Numbered from the stretch's first letter, positions 1 through 13,145 are shown. The stretch: DNA of 64,000 bases from Lytechinus pictus (GCF_037042905.1 NC_087251.1:48112001-48176000); one strand, 5' to 3'. Notes: generated by a model from the letters alone, not told the origin. Numbers and translations are program-made.

Positions 1-10
1 TTCCTCATTC

Positions 11-124
11 ATGCTACAGTCACACCGTTGAAACCGATTCTAAACCGACCGATGGTAAGTCATTTGTGATAACGTAATGGTTTTAATCGGTTTCGGTTCG
101 GTTTTGTCGATGTGACCGCAGCAT
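11..124. mobile_element. Short MITE with imperfect TIRs
   Basis: ATGCTACAGTCACACCG at 11 versus CGATGTGACCGCAGCAT ending at 124 (reverse complement, 3 mismatches). Related copies at about 16819-16932 and 51056-51162. Confidence 0.6.
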
Positions 125-1077
125 TGACTCCAGCGCTCTTGTGCCTACGATCAACATGTGCCTCTCCTTTTTCCATCTATTGTTAGCCCCGATTAACCGG
201 CAATGCCCTCCTTACCCGGTCTACCACAACCATCACGGGATAAATCAAGAGGAGTGAGGGGGTAGAATTGGATAATACCCCAAATTGGGCGAATCTCATC
301 TTGCCGGGAAACCAGAGAAGTCAATATTCTCACAATGAATGGGTCCTCGGGGAGATCCTTCACACCACTTAGAAATTCCTTGGAGAACCCGGACGGTCTC
401 AGTCATGCCCGTACTGTCTTGCGTGTCTCCTTACAGAAGCGAGCCGGAATTCCGCAAGAATTATAATCACGATCATACGACACCTGTTCTTCAGCGTTGA
501 CTCAAAGGAGCTTTTAAAACAAATAGAAATGTTTTCTTTCTCATTGTCAAGGCGAGTTTTCTGTTGATTTTTCAACAGCGCAAACAGGTGATGGGCCAGC
601 TTAAGCTGAGAAAAACAGTAAATTTGACAAGTTTGAAAAAGTTCATTCTACGAGCAAAAAATAAAAAAGCAAGATAATAAAGGCCAGTAGGACTTACATT
701 GACACATGAAAATAACTTTAAAAATATACATCATTCTGTTTATGGTATCAAATGATTTCTTAAACAAATTGCATCGCATTATTTTCATCTGACGTTCATT
801 ATACATATGGTTTTTCCTTTCTCAATCAAAACAGTGTTGTAGAATTAAAAAATATAATAATTCGTTCGTTCTATATCCATTTTTTACTTTAAAACGTAAG
901 ATCCAAAGTGGATGCAAGTTGTAAGAGTAAATGAATATCCTTTAAAGTTAATCGATATGGCGATACAAGGCTATATTCATCATGTCATATCACACACAAC
1001 CATAAAGTTCACTCTAATGTCTGATGATTTTTCAGAGAAAAATAAAAATAATGCACTGTCCTTTTCCGTCTTTAATG

Positions 1078-1236
1078 CACATACCCTCCCACACATTCAC
1101 ACAATCAACGAACGTTCACACAAAATCCACACACACACACACGCCACGCACAACTCTTACACACAACCCACACACGCACATTTAACTTCCGCACACTCAC
1201 ATTCACCCATACACGCACCTTCCCACGCCACACGAC
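1078..1236. repeat. Degenerate (CA)n-rich microsatellite
   Basis: Runs of CACACAC/CACGCAC, which explain the His/Thr-rich ORF 912-1253. Confidence 0.8.
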
Positions 1237-1849
1237 ATGTATTTTACGAATAGCCTCAATGATTTTATACCGATTTTTCCAGCATGTACTAATGTTGTTT
1301 ATCTTGCTTTCGAGTAAATTTTCTTTAAAATTCCTAACGACTACATAAAGTAATTAAAGAAGTATCGGTATTAATAAACTAACTGTATATAAACATTCAG
1401 GATAGGAGGCATCTGCCCGTTTTATAGTGAGCACTGCTTAAAAAACCGATTTCTAAACTATCGCTGACATGGCGTCAGAGATACAGCCTTTTCTTGGTCA
1501 ATTACAAGACGCGGGAGACTCATTATCACAACAAGATGGAAAGAAATTCAAAGGTAACCTTGTTCAATTCTACAACCTCTGAATACATCGTGATTAAAGA
1601 CATCAATCTTGTTTCTTTAGCAAAACTGAGTGCATTTAATCTACAGAATTCAACAAGTGGGAGCACGCATCTTTGAATAGAAGGCAAGATACTCTTTATG
1701 TAAATAATTTCTTTGAGACAAGATTCGGCGCTTTCGTAAAGTCAGCATTTTATCAAAAGACCAAAATTTCTTACTCATTTCTTCATCGTGTATCAAAAAT
1801 CGATAATCAAACCACTGGAGAGTTCTAAAACTCTCAGTGAACGAGAAGA

Positions 1850-1954
1850 CTACTATACTAGTCCACTGAATTATACTACTCCTACTATACTACTACTACT
1901 ACTACTACTACTACTAATACTTTTACTACTACTACGGTAGTAGTAGTAGTAGTA
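1850..1954. repeat. (TAC)n tract followed by an inverted (GTA)n tract
   Basis: TACTACTACTAC-G-GTAGTAGTAGTAGTAGTA at about 1924-1954, abutting the LINE 5' break. Confidence 0.85.
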
Positions 1955-2850
1955 CATGAATTTAAATATTTAGGTGTTGTTCTTGATGATTGTTTTTCAT
2001 GGAACAAACATATTGAAAAAAGTATTTACGAAGATTTCAAGAATGATTGGTTGTATCAGACAGATAAAGCACAATATTCCGCAAAATATATTAATCATGT
2101 TATATAATGCATTAATCTTGCCACATATTGATAACTGTATCGTTATTTGGGGCAGAACTAGTGCAATATTAAGAAAATACAATAACTCCAAAACAAGTAT
2201 GCTCGTTTGATTTTTAATGTTGATTTTTCAATACCTTCCAATGTTCTTCGCACACAATTAAACTGGCAAACCATTGTACAAAGACAACAGTATCAGACCT
2301 TCCTCATCATGTTTAAATTAATTAATGATTTAGTTCCAACATATTTAAAGGAAATAATTGTTCATCGTGATATTAACTTTCAAACTCGATATGCACATTC
2401 TTGCCCATTAAAAATCAAAACACCTCGAGCAGAGTACTACAAGAAATCTTTGCATTTTTATGGTTCAAATCTATGGAACAGTTTACCCCAGAATATGCAA
2501 ACTATAACATCTTTTCCCATATTTAAGAAACAATCTAGAATTTTAACTCTTAACTCCTAATTAAAAAAAGCAGTATTAACTTTGATTTAATGTAAATATT
2601 ATGGTTGTGTTATTTTAGATTTAATTTAAACTTAATATAAATACTCTGCTTGTCTGTGATTTTAGTTTTTTTAATTTTAATTTAATGTGATTTTACTTGA
2701 GTAAATATTTGTAGTAAAGTATATAGTTTTAAGTTTTCTGTGTGTAAATTGTTATTTATATGTACTTGTTTTTTATTGTGCAGGGCCCCTTGGTAGAGCA
2801 GTTTTGTAACTGAAAGGGCTACCCTGTTGAAATAAAACGGAAATAAATCA
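1955..2850 (+). mobile_element. 5'-truncated non-LTR retrotransposon (L2/Crack-like): RT C-terminus plus 3' UTR
   Basis: Three frames joined by two frameshifts read HEFKYLGVVLDDCFSWNKHIEK / VFTKISRMIGCIRQIK...LYNALILPHIDNCIVIWG / QNKYARLIF...LNWQTIVQRQQ...YGSNLWNSLP, with a stop at 2560. The 3' end CAGGGCCCC...CTACCCTGTTGAAATAAA runs into the gap. Confidence 0.9.
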
Positions 2851-2987
2851 NNNNNNNNNNNNNNNNNNNNNNNNNNNNNNNNNNNNNNNNNNNNNNNNNN
2901 NNNNNNNNNNNNNNNNNNNNNNNNNNNNNNNNNNNNNNNNNNNNNNNNNNNNNNNNNNNNNNNNNNNNNNNNNNNNNNNNNNNNNNN
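2851..2987. other. Assembly gap (137 N)
   Basis: Run of N. Confidence 1.
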
Positions 2988-4725
2988 CACTGCTGCAGCC
3001 GTTGTAGTGAATTAAGAATAGAATCCCAGGATTCTAAAAATGTTATAGATATCCAAGAACTTCAAAATGTACATTGTATACATAAAGCAAATAATAAAAG
3101 TCTTAAAACCCAAATGTAGATCCATCTTTATATTCTTTAAAAATCTTGTTTATTAAGTTCGAATGTCAATTTTGGGAAACGAAATTATTAAAAACAAATA
3201 CATATTTTTCTCAAGTTATTTGTTACAGATGTCTGTTTCTTTATAAGTACAGTCATTAAATAAAAAAAAAGGAATTTCTCCTATTAAGACATACGGTTAC
3301 ACAAGATGAGTTGTGAACCACATATCAACCTATTTTGCATAAAAGATTTATTTCATAGTCAATAAGAAAAATAAAAATCAAGACATAAATATTAGTCAAA
3401 TCATTCATTGCCATGGATTGTTCAAATCAAATTTCAGAAATAAATCACACGTGATATAATTGCAGATTTCCTGGAAGACAAATAAGTCTCCATGCGGTCA
3501 TTAGGTTAGAATTGCAAGCCGTAAATGTGACAAGAAGCAATTAGGAAAAGGTACTGATGTATACCTTCACATTGAGTTTCCTTTGGGAAAATCAATCATA
3601 AATCCGTAAAATGGCTATTCTCCCCATAAACTCTTGTTTCGATTACTGTCATGTTAAGTATTATTTATCATATTTCAAGACATACTAACAATGCTTGGAC
3701 AAGTGCAAGAATAATCTTAGGCTCAGTATGATAATTGTTTGACGAAGAAATGGAAATACATTTTTTTAAACATTGTTACAAAACCATTTTGATGCATCTT
3801 CCATCAGCGGACAAGAAGAACTTGTTATATTCATTGTTTAATGACAAAACTAATTACAATATGGTACAATTCCATCCATTAAGGTCCTTAGTCATTATCT
3901 AGAACCGTCGAAGAATATGAGACATTAGTCATTCATTAAAACGCTATTTCTCTGAGTTAACACTTTAATGAAGCATTACGTCATATCAAATTTAATTGGG
4001 CGAGATGTTGTCTCCCATAGTAGTGGATGTCCCCCGTAGAAGACGAGGTGTAATGCTGTCATAAATAGTTTATTATTTCACGAACATGTGGAATTGTATA
4101 TGTACAATAATGTCATCGCGATGATTATGTCATAAAATTTACATAAGTATTCTGCATTTCGGTGTAAGAAATGGTAACAATGTCTGTAAAAAGTTATATA
4201 CTGTATAGGGCGCCATTGAATAGGCAACTATAGATAATGGGCGCCTCATAAATGCTGTATATATATATTATCATTATTATTAGAGTCTTATTAATGTTGG
4301 ATTAAAAACAATCATGGAAAAAGATTTTGAGAATGTAAGAATCACTGTCGGGAGAGTGTGTTTTTTCTCACATTTTGTCTTTCATACATAAGATCTTCAT
4401 GACATGTTTATTAATCGAGTATCATCCAACCCCCACATCGCTTGATAATCTATGACAAACCAAACAAATATGAATGAAAAGTTGAAAATAATGATATCCC
4501 GTTCGTAAAGTTAAAGGAGATTATTACGCAGTACCTCTTTATCTTGATGCCCAACATGAAATAGTGAAATGAATAAAACCCTCAATACCTTTACAATAGC
4601 TTATCATCTATCATCCAAGGTTCTCTGAAAATAAAAATACACCACAATATGAATGATTTTGAAACTTACGAATAAACAGGCAAAAAAATGAAGGAAAAGG
4701 ACAAGAAAAAGAAAAGGTTTCTCAC

Positions 4726-4860
4726 CTGACAAAAGTGTGATGTGAAGAGATTGCAAGGGCAGGCGGTTCGCAATTTTTTTTTTCGACTATTATATTACCG
4801 ATGTTTCGTCTTCGCTGTCACTACACGGTATAAAAAGAGAACGTCGGCTTATTGTTTAGA
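4726..4860 (-). other. Candidate non-coding first exon (5' UTR) of a minus-strand gene
   Basis: Minus strand reads ...TTTTGTCAG|GTGAGA at 4726/4725, a strong donor, just downstream of a promoter-like motif cluster. The TSS position is a guess. Confidence 0.4.
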
Positions 4861-5475
4861 TGTCCTCCAAAGTACTCAGTCTTTTATCCCTAAATGGCTA
4901 ATCAGGATGCTGTCCGTTGCTTCCTTTCTCACTCACTGCCTCCCTTACCCGTAAACTCAACTATTTTATACACCCATTCAGGGAACTTGTCATGCTGGAG
5001 GAGCTGCCATGGTAACCGGGAGACAGACTTAACGATACTTTTCTTTAGTCTTCTCGGCCGCCCGCCACTTTCCACCCAACGCATGAAGTTTTCCCACCCT
5101 ACCCGTCAACCAATCTACATTCATAACATGAAATGATATGAAATGGGGCTATGTGTTATGACGTAGACGTAAAATCATTAGACTTTATGCTTTAAGTTGC
5201 CCTTAATTAGCGATTCTGAAGAGGTCTCTATTTCATTCGCGCCGCATATCGTGTAACCCTTCCTGTTTCCGCCTATCTTTAGCTAGCCACGCCCATCTCC
5301 TCTCTCATTGGTCAGGGTATCATTACGACATGACTCTCTCACAAAGTAGTTTGTAGTGCGATAGTTCACCACTTACAAGATGGATGATTTGTTGTAGGAG
5401 TATTTAGGGGCTGTCTTCAAACAATGTCCTCTTTACACCCTCTTCCAATACGTCACACTACGTCATATGTCGTCA
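4860..5475. promoter_or_regulatory. Promoter-like cluster
   Basis: RFX X-box-like GCTGCCATGGTAAC (about 5003-5016), CCAAT/ATTGG (about 5110, 5307, 5446), KLF/SP-type GCCACGCCC (about 5286), CRE half sites TGACG/CGTCA (about 5159, 5451, 5461) and locally raised CpG. Confidence 0.5.
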
Positions 5476-8400
5476 TAACACCTTTTATTTGACTGAAAGT
5501 AAAGATCTAAATCTCTTCCTATACCTGGGAGAAATGTGCTGTTTCATGATATGTCATATTTTGATTGTCTACCTGTGTCGGATGTTAGTTATCATGAATT
5601 AAGAAGACATAACCCTTGTTTCATTATACGCAATCCATAGTTGAAACATACAAGAAATTAATTTCATGATTTTAATCATGTATTCATATAAACCAACGTT
5701 CAAACTGACAACAAACCATTTCAAGCGACTGCACCTTTCTCCTATACCCGATATAAATTTCTTTGATCGAAAGTTGTTGTAAACAATTGTGATTCGAGTG
5801 AAAATGTATAGTTATAAATTTGATAACAAAAGTAACAACTTTGATTTAAATGCAAGATGTTTAAGGAAAATGATTGACATAAAAGACCAATCCAAAAGTA
5901 AATTTAACAATCAATCTATAGCATCGATTTAATTCTAATGCCATAGTTACATAAAGGTTTTAAATAAACGAACTAAGTTATCATTTTTTTGTAACTAATG
6001 AAAGAATGTCTAATAGACTGAACTTAAAACTTTAGCATAAAAAAATCTTATGCTTCTGTCATAGTTCCTGAGCAAAAATACAATAACGTTTTTTGTTGTA
6101 TACGTACAATATAACGGGAAAAAGGTCGAAGGAGTTGAAATATAGTTTCAAGATTAAAATATATATATATATATTAGAGCAGATTTGGCGAAGTTCGATA
6201 AAAGAAAAAAAAATCAATATAAAGGAATGATAATGTTTACCATAACGTTTTTCTTTAAAAGGTTCATAAAAAGAATAATAATTACCAAAGAATTATTGCA
6301 TTCCGTTCGATTAGTCAATATTCATTCTTGCTATCTTAAATATTCTGGTTTAAAAATCTAAATGCTAAGAGAATGCTGTAAATAATAATTCATTTTAAGT
6401 CCCATTAAAGGCTTTCAAACACTCTAACCTGATTCATCTAAAGTTGAAACTTCAGTTCAGTAATTAAAATCATCCTAATAGTTTTCTAACGCTTTTGTTA
6501 CTGTTCACAAAAAGTGTTACTACATATTTTTTCGGTTAGAAAATGTTAAAGAAGGGTTTCGGTTTTCAGAAACCATAATTTATAGGCCTACTAACATTTT
6601 CGTGAAATAAGTACCGAAGCAAAATCTAAACGTATTGGCTCATATTCTGAAGTCGGGTTTAACTTAAACTCAGTTTTAAAGTTGTGGTTTAAGTATGGGA
6701 AGCCAAAAGTATCAAAATTTGTATTAAGTTGTATGTTTCTTATGTTTACTGTGCTCTTTCCTGATTCATCGATGGTGAAGGCAATCATCTATTTATACTT
6801 CCTATCATAAATAGTTTGAGAGCCAAATAAGCTGAAGTATGATATCTCTACTGTTAGTGATTTATGTAACAATTGGCTATCCATACTTAAACAACAACTT
6901 TAAACCTGCTATCAGAATACGGGCCATTGTGTTACTTTTGTATGTAATATTATCACATGCTTTTTTGCTTTGTTTTTTATAAATTCCTTGGCACAAACTA
7001 ATGTTCCAAAACTATTGAGAATATATGATTTGGAATTTTTAATTGTTTCTTTCATTAGATTTCCTTACAAGTACTCAGCGTTTCCTTTAACTGATAAAAT
7101 CGTGCAATTGGCGTGGGAGTTGACGATAAATTGCAGCTTTTATTTTATGGGTTGGCAATGGCAAACAGGATCAACATGCCAATCAAATACACGCGAACGT
7201 TTTAATGAGATGCTTTAATTGTACATTTTGCTCGCAGTTTCAACCCTTATATGTTGTAAGCATTATAATCTTGTATAAATATCACAATCTTTTTAAGAGG
7301 TAGTTTTTATTTGGGAATATACAGAAAATAGATTTTAACAGAATTGCATTCTTTGTCCAAATAACCCTTATGGAAAGATCTCACCGGGAGACCCACTGGC
7401 GTACAGATTGGGGGGGGGGGGGGGTAGGGGATATGGACCCCAAAGTTTCACTATCAAGAAAATGGGAGAAATAAAATAGAAAGAAAATGAGACGAAAAGC
7501 ATGAAATATCATACATCGTTTATATCTGAATATTACGTTCTTGAAATCTTCACAACATTAGATTTTTCTTTTAATAACCAACGTCAACATTTTGGCTCCC
7601 CGCTTCGCTCACAGTTTTTTTTAAAATATACTTTGCCCCCCAACACAATGTCTGGTCCCTCTTTTTCATTGCTTATTATGAGCTAGGTCTTCGGATGTCG
7701 AAGTAAATATTAAAAACAAATTCGAATGGGTAAGGGAGGTTGGCAGAGTAAAAATTCACCTCTCCTCAAGCATCTCTCATCAATGAACATGCGTATTCTT
7801 GCAACCTTGTCATAAATACGTCGCGACACATGCAATATATCCAAAATACGTTGGAACAAACGCTGCGGCGCCACGCGTCGTTGCAACCTTAAGGTGGATG
7901 AATAATTAGTTTGTCAGGAAAGTTCGAGGTCTTCGAGAACGAGAGTAATATTTTACCCTCGTGAAAAGTGCTAGTTAGGGGCGTCTCCGACAGTTAGATA
8001 GGGCCTTCAAATGTGACATCAGCCTGTCAAAGAATGAAAGCTGACCTCATTAGTGGGCTTTAGCGATAGAGAGAAGTAACTGTTGTACATAATATCTATA
8101 TTTTGATAGTGGAAAGGCTGGGCTTGGTTTATCGCCAATATGTTTATTGTTTAATACCTCGTTTTCTCCATAGATTTTGCATATTTGTTTACGGTAGAAT
8201 AAACTGACACTAACAAAATACATCACAATATCATCTTTCATTTGTCACAAAAATCTACAATAGTTTATACTATTTTATAGCCATCACTTGCCGGAAGGTA
8301 TTTTTCATTATTAAGTTATACATCCGTACATCTCTTATTTTTAATCTTTCAGCATTCTAGAATGATTTTATTCTTCTTTATTCTATTCCCCTACATCTCA

Positions 8401-9189
8401 ACAGTGATCTGGAACCATATAAATACGTCGAAGCTGCCTCGGCTGCCTTATAGCAAAACCTCGGTGTCATAACAGCTGGAAAGCATTCGAATTAAATAAT
8501 TGAAAGATGTATGCAGATTAAGCGATGCTAGTGTTTACATCAGTAAACATTTTTTTCAACATTTTCCCCATGATATCAAACGATTGTTTGGAATATTCAT
8601 TAAAAAAATCAGGTAAAATCGCGCACAAATTTTTATAGATAAATCCAATCATTAAATATCGGATGCCTTAGAATAGAATTGGAGACTATCTATAGCATCT
8701 ATAGTTCTTCATAAGGAAGGTAGAGAACATATACAATAAAGCAAAATCAACGTACAAGCAATGAATCACGGCGCATATAGAAGACAACGTGAGCGAATTT
8801 AAACTCGAAGAGGATAATACCCATATTTTTTTCTCTTCACAAGTCAGTTTCTCTGCCTTCTCCTGCACCATCCTCATATCTATTAAATGGTGCATTCAAG
8901 GCACCATTCTTCTTGAGTGTTGTATTCAGGTTGTCCAAATTTCCTGTATCGTCCCATTTTACTAATTAAACGACGGACTGAAAGGCTCGAGTTCCGGGTA
9001 TTTTTGTCTTCAATATCTAGTTTTTTTTACTTGCTTCATGTAGTTAATGATGATTTTCATCGAACAAAGAGTGGAATAGAAAAAATATATATATTCTGAA
9101 AGTCATTCATAAAAGACTTGTGTAATTCTGAGTTGCAATTTGTAGTCAAATACCAGTTACGTGTAATATTCTTTCATCACACGTTTAGA

Positions 9190-9360
9190 TAACAATGATA
9201 ATAATAATAATTATAATGATAATAATAATGATAATAAAAATGATGATAATAATAACAATAATGATGATAATAATTTTGATTATTATTATTATAATAATAG
9301 TAATAAATTTGACTTATATCACGCCAAATCCACTATGTAGAGTGCTCAAGGCGATTTTCA
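9190..9360 (-). repeat. (ATA/ATG)n tract with an adjoining probable L2-type 3' end
   Basis: AAT/GAT repeats followed by TTATATCACGCC...CTCAAGGCG. Similar tails at about 4205-4282 (+) and 22330-22425 (-). Confidence 0.5.
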
Positions 9361-9619
9361 AGAATTTTGAATGAAATCAAGAACAAGTGAAGAGAAATGT
9401 TGTATACATTATGTCAAACAAGTGGGATCTTTGAGAAGTCTTAAGAGTCAAAATGATTAGAATGGGTAATGAAATTCAACAACCATAATTCGATGATGTG
9501 AAGTATGTTTCGCGAAGATGGTAATTGTTGTTTTCATCATTTAGTATCCTATTTCCCTTTATATCGTGGACGTCAGAACATTCATTTAAAATGTGTGTTT
9601 GGCATTCTTAGGAAATGAG

Positions 9620-10223
9620 GGACATTATCCTGAATGTTATTGACAGGTGAACACCAATAACTCAATTATTGTATTTTCCGACGGGATATTGTTACATTAG
9701 AGAGTGTTGTGAGTAGAAGTAACTCGTCACATCTTACAACCGTACAAGGTAGAAATCCTTTACGTCTAAATGACAATGCTGACTGCTGACGCCTCTCAAT
9801 AGGCTCTAAATTAAATATACTTCAAATAAAAATGTGCAAGTGGGGATGCGTAACGCAGACATCGTAGAGAATGAAATTTTGATGTGTCAAATCAAATCTG
9901 AAAATATTATCCTTATGCCAATTTTGTTCGTTATTTGACCATTATCTCGAATTAATATGAAGGTGAACAGAATGTAACTCAAATACTCAATTATTATTGT
10001 ATTGTCCGACGGTGTATTGCCACACTGCAGAATATTTGAGTTAAAATAACTCGCATCAAAACCCACAAGGCAGAAGTCCTTCACGTCTTTACGGCAGTGC
10101 TGCTGATGCCTCTCAACAGATTCCCAATCCAATATACTTCAATCAAAATATGCAATTGGTGATGAAATTTTGGTGTATAAACTATACGAAAATATAATCC
10201 CAATGACAATTTTATTCGTTATT
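9620..10223. repeat. Diverged tandem duplication, unit about 290-330 bp
   Basis: Colinear anchors: ATTGTATT(T/G)TCCGACGG at 9668/9996, AATATACTTCA at 9814/10131, GAAAATAT...TTCGTTATT at 9900/10188. Confidence 0.8.
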
Positions 10224-10439
10224 CCAATGAATGAACTAGGCACCACTGGTTGGTTGATACTTCTTATAAAGAGAACTTTTTGAAGATTGGCAATTTGTAG
10301 AAACGATTTAAAAATTGAAAGCTTTCTTTGCATGTAGGAATAGGGTGTAAACATTCTATCGTAAAATGAGCGCGAATCAGGAACTGTAACTGTGAAGGCA
10401 CAACCACCGTCTTTTGAACGGGGAAGGGGTGTCACAGCA

Positions 10440-10713
10440 GGGCCCCGTCTTCCAAAGAGTTACAATTGATCCGATCAATCGTAACTATGGAAGGCCAGCA
10501 ACGTCAGCATCTTATAAATGCATGTTAGTTCAAAATATTTTCTAGATATTTGTATATTCATAAATTCATTGTTTTCTTGACAATTTGGAGTTTTCCCCTT
10601 TGTTTACAAAGGACATTTTGCAAATTTCCTGTAGAAAAAAATTATGACACTGATGGATTTCCATAGAGTTACAAGTGATTGGATCAATCGTAACTCTTTG
10701 AAATACGGGGCCC
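10440..10713. mobile_element. MITE (PIF/Harbinger-like termini)
   Basis: About 33-bp TIRs GGGCCCCGTCTTCCAAAGAGTTACAATTGATCC / GGATCAATCGTAACTCTTTGAAATACGGGGCCC. Second copy at 61330-61532. Confidence 0.85.
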
Positions 10714-10753
10714 TGGACCCCATGAACAAATACAAAAAAACTTTTGATACCAT

Positions 10754-11340
10754 GAGGTGTTTGACAAAGCTGTTCGTACGTCAAGAGCGTCTTTAGGAAC
10801 GACTGCTGAACCTTTACTCTAGTGCTTATTCATCGCCAATGAACATTTTGGTTTGATGTAAACATTTAGCACCAGTCGTTTTTGAAGTCGCTCTAATACC
10901 CTAGCCACACAAGAGGCGGAATGGGCCAGAATGCCGTCGGAATGAAAATTCTTGGCACATTCCTGGATATTCGAAGTGCATTCTAAAAACTCTGGTCCAT
11001 TCTTGTGTCCGGCCCGGAAAAATATCGAACGGCATTCATAGTGCAGTCCAACAGCACTCTGACTGCATTCCAAATATTCTGACGACATTTCAACAACATT
11101 CGAAACATTGCGATCGCATTCATGGGAGAATCGAATCGCATAAAAGCACGGATAGCTGTTGCTGCAACGTCAGTCAGCACTGAGGAGTCACTGAGGAGCA
11201 TTGGGGTCATCGAACGGCATTTTTACAAATTTATATCAATTCGAAATTCAATCCCGAATGTGGCTCGAATTTGGAAAATGTTTCATCCCGGCTGGTTCTG
11301 ATTGGGGCTTACTAACGAACGGCTTCATGAAACACACACC
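10754..11340. mobile_element. MITE split by a nested about 410-bp insertion (10897-11308)
   Basis: 10754-10896 and 11309-11340 match the two parts of the intact copy at 47473-47647. The insert has CCCTAGCCACAC / TCTGATTGGGG ends. Confidence 0.7.
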
Positions 11341-11365
11341 AGTAGCGTAATGAGAAGATAAAATT

Positions 11366-11612
11366 CAGGAGGCCAGACTGAGTCATGAGGTATGGGACCA
11401 AAAAGGTGCGATCGAGCGAAGCAAGCGAGTAATTTTTTTCCAGTTTAAGTATACAAATTTTCCTTTCAATCTTTTTCACATAGATTTTGACATAATATTC
11501 CGAAAAAAGTGCCACATTTTACCCACTTTCCTTTTCTCCTTTCTTTTAGTCGTGAAAAATTTGGGGGTCAATGTCCCCCAAGCCCCCCCCCCCCCCATTC
11601 TGTACGCCAGTG
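11366..11612. mobile_element. G/C-run MITE fragment
   Basis: Ends in CCCCATTCTGTACGCCAGTG, the reverse complement of CACTGGCGTACAGATTGGGG at 7394. Contains CGAGCGAAGCAAGCGAG. Confidence 0.55.
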
Positions 11613-12784
11613 TTTGACACTTGAGATATTTGCAGTATTCTTATGAAACTGTTGATTATTAATAGACCCCGGTAAAACTGATAGGTGTTTTTTTATATAA
11701 ATCTTTATCCTTATCGATATCACATCTTCCTTTACACGTGCATGTGTTATGAAAGTAGGAAAATATTGGTAGGTAAGCAAGGTACGTGTATAAGCCAAAG
11801 TTACTACCAGTAACACAAACGAAAATTACCGAAGGAAATAAGATTTAGCATCGGTCGGTTTGGAGTCGGATTTGCCAGTGTAACCTGTTGACTACTGAAT
11901 ATCCTGTGATTCTGATAGGCTTTGTACATGAAACACCACGTTCCAGTAGACAATGGGTTAATATGTCTGAGTGACTAATAATACTGCATATAGCTCTTGT
12001 GATATTCTCAAACCATGCGAGTGTTCTGAATTTATTTTTACACATACTTGTTCATGCATTGGGTTAGACCTGCAAACAGCTGCAGGTCATGGGGATACCT
12101 AGAATCCGGAGTACCTTCGTCTATGTTACATACATGCATCATTCAGTCTAATTGCACTTCTTCTATGCGGTGAAAATCATTGAAAAACCATAAAATTCAA
12201 TTTGCAATTTTTCATTACAGATATACATTTATTTTGAAGAGATTTTACTTCGTTTTGGGATGATAAGATTGTTCGACGAGATTTTCCTTCGCTTTTGGGA
12301 TAATAAGATTGTCTGTAGCCAAGGAATGGGCGGAACAAGGGCTTCGGAATCGGGGGGGGGGGGGGGCTTCAAATTTGCCAGTAACCATGTACAAATACGT
12401 GAAAATGACCATCCAAGAGTAGTTTTTTGCATGTAAACGCCACACTTTTCGATTTTTTTTCCTCGGCTCATGAAGGCTTGAAATATATATTTTGACACAT
12501 TTGCATAGTTTTGACCTTTAAATACTTATTTATCTTCAATTACGTGTTGCTATGGGTTACTGTAAGGCTTCCTAGGATCACGAAAGAAAATCTAGTGTCG
12601 ACGTGTTCAGAATGGATAAGATTTGTATCAAGTTACCCCAAAGTTTTTCCTTCTGCATCAGTTTTGATTGGGTTACATTAGTTCCCAGGAAGGTACAGAA
12701 TTATATTTACAGTTTTGCTTCTCATTTACAAGCATTTGACCGAGTCGATATCATCCAAACCACACCCATATCCACCAACCTTAC

Positions 12785-12960
12785 TGTTCTTTACTGCTCT
12801 TACAGCAACCTTATCTTCCTATCAAAGAGCAAAGTAAATCTCGGAGATTGTGTTTTGGATGATTTTTTTTATGCAGCTCCAAAAACTTGGTATAAACTGT
12901 CTGAGGATATAAAAAAAAGGGTTTCACTACTGTCTTTTCACATCTCTGCTCTCTTTTCAC
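12785..12960 (+). mobile_element. Decayed L2-like ORF2 C-terminal fragment
   Basis: Translation ...SKSKVNLGD...FFYAAPKTWYKLSEDIKKRVSLLSF resembles the F-x-x-AAP-x-x-WN-x-LP C-terminal motif of L2/CR1-group ORF2. Confidence 0.55.
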
Positions 12961-13074
12961 TACTTTGTAACAAAAACTAAAATACTCGTTTTTATCGTAA
13001 TTATAATAAGTTTCAATAAAAGCAAAAAAAATAAATTAAAAACAGAGAAAATGTACTAAATGTATTTCTGTGGG

Positions 13075-13101
13075 GGAGAGAGAGAGTGAGAGGAAGAGGA
13101 A

Positions 13102-13138
<37 letters not shown>

Positions 13139-13145
13139 GAAGAGA
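13075..13145. repeat. (GA)n microsatellite
   Basis: GAGAGA run. Confidence 0.95.

Noticed and set aside
2682-2990. ORF with X run
   Set aside because: Spans the assembly gap.
7394-11612. Single 4.2-kb transposon bounded by CACTGGCGTACAGA inverted ends
   Set aside because: Flanks (GGGAGACC versus TTTGACAC) give no TSD, so these are more likely two independent copies.
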